Assembly (NCBI GenBank): GCA_002633005.1
Contig: NMRA01000033.1
Location: 808,233-872,232, forward strand
Source of the DNA: Phoronis australis
Taxonomy: Eukaryota; Animalia; Phoronida
Direction of reading: 5' to 3'
DNA: 64,000 nt
Made by a program: the position numbers and the translations under genes. The notes under the pieces are model-generated. The model ran no database searches and had not been told where the DNA came from. It worked only from the letters and a program-made list of their open reading frames with translations. Shown piece after piece: positions 42,101 through 54,100 of this stretch. Numbering within the stretch: the stretch's first letter is position 1; each line of letters begins with the position of its first letter.

Positions 42101-45100
42101 GTGTTCCCCCTTCATATTCTTTTGTTGACAATTTTTTATTAATTTCTCCACAAACACAATTTACAACCTTGTCATAACTTCACAAAAGTGGAAGGCTTCA
42201 AAGCATTTCAGTTAATCATTACTTAGGAAACTGTATTTATTTACAATACAAAAATTCACCTTTTATTTCCTCGGCATCTTCAGTGCTCATCTTCGACTCT
42301 TCGCCATCCACAGGGAGTGCTGATGGAGTCTTGACCTGCTCTGCAGTTGACCGTGACCTTCGGACCCTCTTCTTGACTGGCAGTGTCATGGACAGACTGC
42401 GAATCTGGTTAAAACCATTCTCGGACAGCAGCACACCGTCCATGACATAGTCCTGCTTAGGCTTGGGAGGCTCTGGCTCTTTAGGGACAGGAGAGGGGAG
42501 TTCTGGTTCAGGGTCAGGTGGGGGCACTGAAACATGAAGGAGAGATGTATTGACAGGGTCATATAGGGGCACTAAACATGGCATTGTAAGAAATTTACTG
42601 AAAGGGGGCAAATAGGGGTACTGAAACATGGAACAGTATGCAGTATAAAACATGGAACAGTGCAAGAAAATAAAAAAGGTGTGGAAAGGGCACTGTAAGC
42701 GTGATCAATCAAACTTGAGTCTTGCACAAAGACATACACTTCAACCTGAAGGAAAAGTCATTGACAAATAAGTGGTAGGAAAAACTGAATAATGCAGAGT
42801 GACAAACTTTAAGATCAATAACTCTAAAAGTTCCTGATACTGAGAAATACATTTGAAAACATTAAATCTGCCAAAAAACATTGCGTTAAAAATACTAGAT
42901 AAATGCGCTGATATGGCTAGCACCATGACATCCTTACATGGTGGAGGAGCTCCTGTCTTGGGTCTACACATCAGACAATGATAACCCATATCTGATGCCC
43001 TCTCTAGCTCATCATCAGTCCTCAGTCCATCACACAAACCATGCAGCCACCTGCAACAGACAACACAGCGTGTACAGCCACAACATAATTCACTCAAGGG
43101 GTTAACAGAGTGATGCAGTAAGCCGTTGCCTTAAGGTCTACATTTTTAAGAGTGTTCTTAGACGACATCTCACACCTGCTCAACATACAAAGACAGTGTT
43201 GCAAATACAGTGCTTCTACATACCTTTTACACTGCCGACAGCAAAATTAAAACATAAATGGCATGTTTTCCATGAAGCAATGGGAAGAGGCATACAATAC
43301 ATCATATGGCTAAAACATAAACTAACCTGTCACACTGTGTACACTGGAGTATAGCCTCCTCTTCCTTGTACTTCTTATTACATACTGGGCACATTGTAAT
43401 ACTGCAGCATGGTGCACACTGTGTGTAGTTGTTCTGCCACAGACAGCCAAAGCCTGGCGACTTGCTACCACAGTTCATACAGATAACACACCTGCAAGTG
43501 AAGTGGACCGCCTTATTGACATAGAAAGTTACTTAAACCCAAGAAGTACCAGCACCATATTAGAGAAAACACGACTTGATGACTAAAACAACAATCATGT
43601 AGAAGGATATGTGAAGTAACTTTTTGCGTAACATCACATCCCCACCAGAATACAGAGCAAAGAAAGGCTGAAGGTAGTTTCACTGTTCATCAATACGAAT
43701 AGAATACCAGACTAAGATTCTTGCAGAGATCTAGACAAAAGTAAGATCATAAGCCTGGCCGTTAATTACATTTGGCACTAACATTAACAATACATTATAT
43801 AGTGTCATATCATTCACACTTTATATAGCCACAAAACAAACCTTCTTGAACGAAGAGAATTTTCAACGCATATATCATTCTATAACTTATTACATGTGTC
43901 ACTGCAGGATAGCACACCTACCGTTTGCATTTCCACGTGCCCTTGGGTACTGTGGTCAGGGGTGGGTCCAGGCAGTAGATATGGAAGCTGACGTCACACT
44001 CATCACACAGCAGGAGGCGACCCTCGTCATGGGGCTTGCCACACCCCTCACATACAGTACAGTCGAGACACCTCCAGCCCTTCTCCAGGATCACACTGGT
44101 CACCTGCAGAAGTAGGTGTAAATGGATCCTCTTCAACACGGGTCTCTTTCATTAAAATTGACGCAATAGACTTAAACCAGAAAAGTCACCTTACTCTCAG
44201 CATTACAATAACTGAATTTCCAAAACACAATTTAACCCTAATTCAGCAAAATGCAAAGTCCCTATTAAGAGCATACCTGCAATTACTGAGTCATCAGGTA
44301 ATTTTGTGCATTAAGTTAGTGTAGACACGCTTCAAAATCATGGCTTGTCTATCACTACTTCTGAGAAACAACGTGATATTTTAGGATAGTCTCATCAGGC
44401 AACCTCAAGTGCAAAATGTTTAACTTTTAACACTATTTGTTCATACATAAAAAATGAAAACGTAAGAGAAGTGACAATACAGACGCACCGTTTACAGTCT
44501 ACCTTCATTCCCTTAATCCCCACAGTTCACACACCGTCATGCTAACAATTAAGGGTTGCTAACACTAGCCGCCCTGCACATCTACTATTAATCTGCACTT
44601 TTAGCCACAACTCCACGGGTCAAGTCAGTCACAGGGCTTGGAATGACCCATGGAAAAAAGAGAAAAATTCTCGAGTTGATGTGTCATTCTACAAATAGGT
44701 TTAGAAATATTTTTGTGTTGTAAAATTTAACTGCAATTAAGTTATTTTTGCATGAATGAAGTCAAAATATTGAGATGAAAAAAGAGGAAAGTTGAAATTA
44801 AATAAGAAGAAATTGAAATCAAAAGAAGAAAACCTCTTATAAGAGGAAAAATCCAAGCCCTGCAGTCCCTCACCAATTGCACTCCTCCCACCTCCAGTGC
44901 CATTCCTTACTCACCTTGATGCTGACACAGTACGGGTGATAACACTGGCCACATTGGGTACACACTATCAGTCTGCCCTCCTCCCCTCGCCCATAACTAC
45001 CACAGCTGACACACATATCCTGTCCCAGTGTGTACATATCTCTGTACCCAGCCAACACCACCGTCGTCTGATGCTCGTCGCCGTCATCCTCTTTACTCTT

Positions 45101-48100
45101 ACTACCACTGACCACGCTGCTGCTAGTCTCTGCCACACTAGTCTATAATACGTAACACGAGAATGTCAACTCTTGGGACAGACACCATGTGGTGCATCAC
45201 TACCACATTGTCCGCTGATTTTTACATTTCGACTGTTGTTTTCATTAACATTAATCAGTCAACCTTAATCACTTCAGTATCTCATTTTCTTTAAATTTTG
45301 TAGACACTACCCAACAGATGTACTATGGTTTTACAAACACACATCTCAATAACTTACAATGGATGACAATCAAATGCCAAACAAGATTGCTTCGACTGAC
45401 TGATACACACCTGCATGGGTGTCAGTTGCTGAATGGCTGCAGCCTTGAACTTCACTTTTGAGCGTTTTCGTGACGAGTCGAAAAGGGGACGCTTCTTCTT
45501 ACCGAAGCACACATTTTTCGACTTTTTCTGTATGCCGAGGCCACGTGATTTCTTCCCAATGGAAGGTTTACCCTTGCCTTTACCATGTGGTTTGGAAGTG
45601 AACGTATTAGCACTAGTAGTCACCTCGTACTTCACGGAGTTGTTCTGTAAAATATAGAGTTTACAGTAACAGGAGATTTTTACACAGAATATATGCCATA
45701 TTTGTGTGTATTTAGGCCCACAAGCCCGCACAAGAAATGTTTTTTCAAAGAAAATTGTTTCCTCAAGTGTTTCATAAAGGCCCACATGCTAAATAAATGT
45801 GCGTCTAGGCATATTAGGCAAGCCTATATAGCATTCGCAAGATTCTTCACTACATTCCATAAGCTAAAAAATGACTTGCACCAAGCTATATCCATGCCAT
45901 CACTTCCAAGCATGGTTTTAGTCCAATGATTTTACTAAATGGTCCACGTATAGGTGCACGCACATAATTTCGAATATAGGCACAGATTCAACTATCAGCA
46001 CATGGACCTAAATACGCATATAAAATAGTGTAGTCTTCAGCAAAGCTTAGACATAAACCAAATAGGACAGGCACTAAATATGTACCACTGAGCTTTAATT
46101 TGAAATGCCATAAAGTCTGAAATAGATAGTAAGTTCCACGTACATATTCCACATCACACAAATGTCAGGCTTCAAAGAGGTAAAACGTGGTGAATTATAG
46201 TATTAGTAAATCTTCTGTTACACTCATCATCAGCACAGTCCCAAAAAATAGCACAGATGGCACTTAGTTTTAGAGACTGATAGGATGTGTATGCTGGACG
46301 TTTGGCTTCTAGCTGGCACACAAGAGTCTAAGAAAACGCTTTTTTGCACAAATTCATAGAATTACTCGAAATCGTGTTTATCAAACATTGATTAAAAGTA
46401 GATCTGAAAGGAAATGCAACACTGACATACCTTTTCAAATGATCCAAAATCTATGTCAATACTGGATAGGGAGTCTTCGTTAAGCATCAGAGACTCCTGT
46501 GAGCTGATGAGTCCGTCATCATTAGCCGGAGTGCCCTCTTTAACACTGTTCTCTTCACCTAAACGTGTAGAAAACACATTGTTGATAACACGGCGCAATA
46601 ACTACAATTTCATTGTAAGTACAAAGACCTAAACTCCAGTTTATGATAAGAATGCAAGTATTACTAAACAAGAAACATTAGTAGGGTTGGAGCATTGTGG
46701 AATTAAAACTGGATCCCAGCCATAACTGATGAAACTGACGTAATGGTAAACAAAAGAAAAGATGCTAAAAGCAGCATAGTACTCAGTCAATGCACTTGAC
46801 ATACTCCACAGCAGAAAACAGACCTATCAAATATAATTTTTACTTTGGACACGCAACAATATTTATTTAATATCGTAAATTTTCCCCCTTGAACACTGAG
46901 GCAAGGTGTTACAACTAATGCGGTAAGATGGAATTCACAATATTTTTACTTTAAGTATGTAACAATTATGAACACAAAACCGCTGTCACACTAGTAGTGA
47001 ATGATTCATGGCATCATATGTAACCAACTCAACAACAACTGTAACAAAGCGTAATCTCGTGGCATTCAAATACAAATCACAGCTCCTTTTGGAGTGACTG
47101 CCACTGCTGGACACACATGGTCTCCATGGTTACTCACATTTCATCCCCAATAGATTATATATCCACAAGGGATCTTGGGAACGGAGGAGGTTAGATAGAG
47201 CGCTGTAATCTAAAGGTTGGCATAGGGTGAGTAAGATGAAGACAGCGCTCAGAAATATTATGTTTGTTTAACTTTTTTGCAGCCAGATTTTTTGCTAACT
47301 GTCATTTTATTGTAATCTCAACTTTACACCAATAAGTATGATCTTAGTGAAATGCAAGGAATATCATATCAAACAATGTTGCATAGCCGTATAAACGGAG
47401 CCACTTTCCACAGATCAGCTTGTCAAGGAGTGCCCCTTTAAGCACACACAACCACAAGGAACCATGGGGAGTTAGCACAGTGGACAGAGAAGTGTAAGGT
47501 AAGTAAAACAACGCAACCTTACAGACACACAAAAATAGACGTATCTTGCCGCAATGAACTGTAGCAAGGGAGGTGGATAGACAGAGAGGTGTAATCCAAC
47601 GATCAGTACAGGGCGAGCATCATACAGGGTGTGCAAAAACGAAGTGAAAACACAGGTCTAAACATAGACCACCACTAGGGATATTATTTGCTAATTATCG
47701 CCACAGGGTGTGCAACATTTAGTGTACATATGCAACATACAGTAGTTTTCAAAAAACACTGATGGTTTACACTGAAATTCATCCAACTTTGTTTAAATTA
47801 TGATGAAAACTCAAATGAAAATCGGACAAAGAACAAACCTAAATTGTTTGAAAATTAGCTGGAAAAGTTTGCCTATAAATTTCAGCGATTTTCTACTAGA
47901 AGAAATATTGTCTGCTTGAAAACTACTGTAATGGACATTAAGACAGAGCACTTTGCTTAAGCTGTCAAAGTTGGGTGAGTAAATGATACGTCACACCCAG
48001 ATCAGTGTGAAGGCAGGTCATCACACGACTGCTAATTGCTACTGTCAAGCAGTGCTCATTACATCGCAATAACAGCAAGTGTGGAGTTTGACAGTGTGTG

Positions 48101-51100
48101 TACCTTTGAACATATTAAACATGGCCAAGTCCTTGAAGTCTGCTTCATCGATCATGCTGTTGAGACTGTCAGTCAGGTTACTGCTCTCCTGGTCAGGGCA
48201 CTCTATACTGTCCAGCTGTAACAACAAACACAACAGATATGCAGTAATGGGTTGGACCACAGAGGCAGAAAAATATCAAAATTTGCAGTTAACTTAAACA
48301 CATGAGTTACGCCAAATGTTGATATGAGCCCACCGTGTGCCTCGCAAATGTATGGCAAAGGTATCAGGAGGTAACTTTTTCAATACTGGTGGTCTTGAAA
48401 AAGAGTCCACTGCAGGGCTCAACGCAAGCAAGTAAAATGCTCGAAAATACGAGTGGAAAAAGTAAAATGAGAGTAGAAAATTGACCTCATTCGTATGGGC
48501 ACCGAGCGGACTTTCGGCGTTTTTTGGCCCCCACTTCTTAAGAGCCCAAATTACAGAATATGATTGGAAAATATGCAATCACTTGTATTTTCGAGCGGAC
48601 ATTTTCGCCTGTGTTGTGCGCTGCACTGGGTGCAGTCTAGTCATCCGAAAATGCCGCAGCCTCACAAAAATTGCCAAGTACATTCTTATTCTTTATAGGA
48701 ACACATTAGTTCTGTCAAGTTATACCAAATGACCATGTGGTCACAGAAGCAGATGCAAAAATGTAAAATGGTCACAATGGCCACTGCAGTAGCCAGATTT
48801 GCCTGAAAGTTACACTCTCATTAGCAGGAAGACCACGCCCACCAAATTCAAAGATGATTGTTTTAAGAACTTTGAAAATACTGAGGTAGATGTAAAAAAA
48901 CTGCCAGAAGGGGGCATAGCAGTACTTGGATTCGTCTGAAAGTCAAGGTCAGTCTTGCTCTCTTCTATAAGAACATATCCTCAAATTTCATGACGATCCT
49001 TCAAAGAACTTGGTAGTGATTGAGGCAGGTGCAAAAAGCCAAAATTGTCATCATAGCATTCCATTCCGTCCAAAAATCCATGTCGGCCATGCTCTCGCCA
49101 ATACGAACATCTTCAAACCGTTTGGAAAATAGGGAGACAGATGCCAGGAAACGGAAGCAATGAGACGCAACTTGCAAGGCAGACGTCTTCAAAGTGTCCA
49201 GATATACCCCCCTTCCTACAAACACGTCTGTCAAATTGCGGAAAAATCCACAGAGAGGCTCGGCAGACATAAAAGCAATTGGAGGAAACTAATTTAAATA
49301 GGTGGCACTTCAGTACCCAAAAGTCATCCTCATCTTTTGCCAAATTTCACAAAGATACAAAAATGGATGCCATAATACTGGATGCTCCTATGGAATTGTC
49401 TACAGTACGAGTCCACATACGTCTACTGTAAACACATAACAGAATTGACTCAATGTTTCAAAAACAGGCACGAGAGTAATTCATTAAAAGTGTTGTGAAA
49501 GAAACTCAGTATTTGGTTACTACATGAGATAGAGAACACTTATTTATTTTAGCAAACCTAAAATCTAATTCAGGACAACACTGGGACACAAAGTCAAATA
49601 TTCAACACATCTGCATATCACAGTTGACTTTTAACTGTCAAATCAGGAGTCATTTAACTTTTTAGCTGTAGCACCCAATCAAAGCTGGATAAAAAGAGTG
49701 CGTGACCAAAAAACTGGGAATTCTGAGAACACTCAAGACACAAGCTAGCGAAGACCATCTTTGCAAGAATTCAATTTCCATGCTCAGAAACAACAAACAT
49801 GACAATCACACAGAAAGGATGATTCCTAATGCTCACCTCTCTGGGGTCCCTGTTCTTGCATATTGGACACAGGTAACCGGATGGCTCGGAATCTCGTTGC
49901 TGAGCCAGCATCTCCTGAGTAATGCTAACATCACACTCAGCATGTACATACCTGAAATAAAAACGTTGCACATATCAAAACAACATAAAAAGTCTTAAAC
50001 TGCCAAAAACAATGAAAAATAATTTAGAAACTTAAGAAAAATGCCATTTCTCTAACCAAAAATTGTAAAATTTTTACCTTCCCTGACTAAATCAGAAAAA
50101 AATGCGACTATTTTTTTGAATCTGTAGCAATGTGGCACAATCAAGCTAAAGTAGACCTACTTAAAAACTATCAGCCAATCAAGTTAAAGTGCATAAAAAC
50201 TGTCAGCCAATCAAGCTAAAGCACTTAAATAGACAGCCAATCAAACTAAAGTGCACTTACTTTTTACAGGCATCGCACAACATCATAGTCTTCTGCGTGA
50301 AGTGTCTGTAGGCCTTACAACATAGTGGGCAGGAAAGACCCTTGTTGCGTTGTTGGTAGCAGCTGTCACAGACGGAGTAATTGAGGTGCCAACGAGAGCT
50401 GGGTCCACTGCCTGGTGTACGCGAGCCACAGTCACCACATACACGGCAGTTCTAAAAGAGAGGGATACTCACAATGACGATTACGTTAAGTGTCAAAATA
50501 AAGCATATTTTTTACAGATCATGTCAGTTCTCTGGAGACTATGAAGGATTTCAATACGACGGAACTGATAGACGATCATTTTCAACCCACCTTGATTAAT
50601 AACACAATTTTGAGTTTTTGTACATCAAAAAATACAGAGACCCAGGTACAGGGGGAAAGAACAAGGAAAGGACTAGAACATGGAAAGTAAAAAATGACGG
50701 AGGGTGGGATAGAGAGTGGGACAAGTGTGGACCGTTACAATTCCCCTTAACATAAAGCACCCTATGTAAACCTTGCACTTACGCCCATTGTAAATATTAC
50801 ATTAATAATAAATAATAATTTTAGTACAGTGGTCATAACAAGCCTCAGACAGAAGGTGTGATAACCCTTCACACACAGTAACCATATTTACCTTACACTT
50901 CCAACCGTTCTTTGGTATAGTGGTCATAACAGGTCTCAGACAGAAGGTGTGGTACCCCTTGTCACATGTGTCACACACCAGCATCTTGTTGTCATCACCA
51001 GGTTGTCTACAATAGTAGGAGTATTGAAATGGAACTCATGTTGAAATATTCTTTGCACAAAATTTGCTTCAAGAAACTACCATTTGATACTCTAGGAAAT

Positions 51101-54100
51101 CAAATATGCCATAATGAACTGTACATTGAAGCACGAGTTATATAGTTTGTGGTTCTGATAACAAACATTTCGATTTGACGTCTCATGTTTCATCACAAGC
51201 AATTTCTTCAGCTATGTCACAGAGCAACTCAAACGAACATCACAAACGCATTTCTGAGTACCAACATACAACTAAAATCAAACACTATGATAGCAATCCC
51301 AGACGTAAAGATGACATCGCAAACACTATAAACAAAACCATAGCAACAAGCTCAAATTTACTCCCAGTGGCCAAACCTATTTTGTAATAAAGTGTGGTTG
51401 GAATCAGAAAGTATTTGTGGAAAGTACGGGGCGACAAAGTTCCTAGTTGACTGAGAACAGACAGTGTAACCTACCGACACGTCTGACATATCTTGCACTC
51501 CGGACACTGCCAACCAGCTCGCACAACAGGGTTCACCTCCACCGGTGGGTCAAGACAGTTGCCATGGTAATGCTGGCCACAGCTGGTACAGAAGAGCTGC
51601 TCCAGTATATCACCAGGAACATCACACACTACACAGCAAGCTTCAGTCCCGGCTGTAACAAAGACAAGTACGGTAATACATATTATGAAGTTTTGCTCTA
51701 ACAAGTCCACGATTTGTCATGCCTTCATCTTTAACTTGTCTACAGTTTTTAGACAATGGGTCTTAAAGCCGCTACAAAAACATTTCTGATGTCAAAAAGA
51801 TGACCATTCTTCATGTGCAAACTTTGCTCTTTCAAGCTAATGTCACGGCATTATAATCCCATGTTTGAATTCAAATTGGTCAAAATTAATATCCCTTTGT
51901 ACATCTGCCACGGAGACGGAAACTAATCTGCTCGAACAAACAGTTAATTCAGGCTGGTTTAAAGCAATAACCACACGATAGTTCTTCTCAAGACTTAAAA
52001 TAATTTACAATCTGAGTGAGACCAACTTCAAAATAGTAAGTGGCTCAAAGATGTGTTGGACCTTACAGACAGGTCTGCGTATTACGCCAAATATCTAGAC
52101 AACTAGATTTTAATTCAGAAATATTTTCTGAAAGTAAAAAGCCAGTTGGATTTGATTTGACTTCTTTTCCAATCTGCTGTTAACACGGGCTCATGACTTT
52201 GTCTTTTAGTAACATTTAGTAAAAAAGAAAGGTACATTGATGTGAAAACAATTGTATCAATAACAAAATCAAATTTTATTTGATATAAATATTCAGGGTG
52301 AGATCTTATAAACGTTGTGACTGTTTTCTAAAAAATCATTTTGTCTTTGTTTTGCGCAACTTAAATTTTTTAGCCAAAATTATCAAAGTGCTACTTTTTG
52401 ATAGCCCATCGTGCAAAAGTGGCATATTTTAAAACCAATGCCTAACAGCGTTTTTGATAGCAGTGCATAAAGCATAGCATCCGAAAGGTTTGTATGAATC
52501 TGATCAGCCATTTCTCAGATATGATGTTCCGAATTCAGCCAAATTTGGACATTTTTCTACGGTCCTACATGACTTTAAACCAAACATTCGATTTTTGACA
52601 GAAGGCGCAAGACTTTTATCCTTTAAATATCGGCCTTAAGCACAGCAGGAACACTGGTACAGTAGGACTATCGTTATGTTACAAGCTGGTAACTCACCAA
52701 TAGCTTCTGCCTGGTCCGTGTGTTCAGGACAGAGTAGCGTCAGGGTCTTGATGTCTTGGAAGCAGCCACTGCCGGATGCACATGGGTAGTGGTAACGTTT
52801 GCTGCACTTCTGGTAGCGACAATGGATGGTAGCACCATAATGACGGCAGAAGCTGCACTTCTGTAAAGTTAAGACCAGACATGGTGACGGGGGCTAGGAA
52901 CACCTTCACTCACTGACGAATGGTATCAGCTATAAGCTGTCAAAATACTAGATGGAATTCACCCAAACACGTAGCACTTAAGCAGAGACTTCTGGCCATC
53001 ATTCATGCATGGTGGTCACATGATATCTGATGATGTAACGTCGGCAGCAATTTGCATAATGCTCAATTCCATGATTTTGATTGATCACAACTTAGTACCT
53101 GAATATGAAGATCTGTCCATGCGGAAATTGTTGTTAAAATTGCTAACTTGAGTTACTGGGATGTCACAATACTTACAGTGGTAAGCCCTGCAAAAACAAC
53201 TGTCTACTTTCCACCTGTCAATACTACATTCTAAACTTAGGTTATAATGCCAACACCCTAACTATATGTGGGATGTCATGCTACTTACTGTGGTAAGCCC
53301 TGCAAACACTGCCTTGTCAACATACAACAATGAATAGTCCTCAGCCTGCAGTACACCCTCTGACCAGGCAGCACAACAATGGTGGGCTGTAGTGTGACCT
53401 GAAGTATAGTTCAACAGTACAGCTCTACAGCATGCTACATAGACACAGACAGAATGCCAAGGCCCTCAGTCACCACAATAAGTTAGCAGCCATAGACTGG
53501 GGCGAATTTTTTTACATCTCTCTCAGGTACGTGGCCCGAATTAAATCAATATGAAAATTGGGAGAATTGACTTCAACAGTAACATACATATGTTGACCTT
53601 TGAATGTAGGTTTAAGGATGGCAAACGGTGTTCCTAAGTGAACAGTGAAAATCAAAGAAGTCTATCAATAGCACAATGGTTACATGTATGGTCTGGTGGT
53701 TGACGTTTTCATGAAATAATTACTCTATGCAAACTGAACCTCCATTGACTTTACCTGTAGGCTCAAACAACTCTGTGAGTTGTGTATTCTCTGGATAGCC
53801 AACTGTGTTAATCTCGTCCACGGAAGCAATTGGTCGTCCCTCTTCATCGACCAAAGTGTGAGGGTTAGGGCGGCGAGGGGATTTGCTTCTCTCCCTAGCC
53901 TGCTTCAAAGGCCCACGTGACCTCCGCCAGGTTAGTGGCTTGGGGCTTTTATCTCCGCGTTCGTCAAATTCAGTTGAGCCTCGCCTTAGCTGCTGCTTCA
54001 GTTGTTTCTTGAACGGATTGAAGTTGGGCGTCGGTTCATAGCGCATGATGTCACCTTGACCCAGAAGGCTCTTCTCGCCACAGTTACACAGAGCGCACAT

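Noticed and set aside
47414-47437. Possible 24-nt micro-exon (GALLDKLI)
   Set aside because: AAG acceptor and very weak GTGGAA donor.
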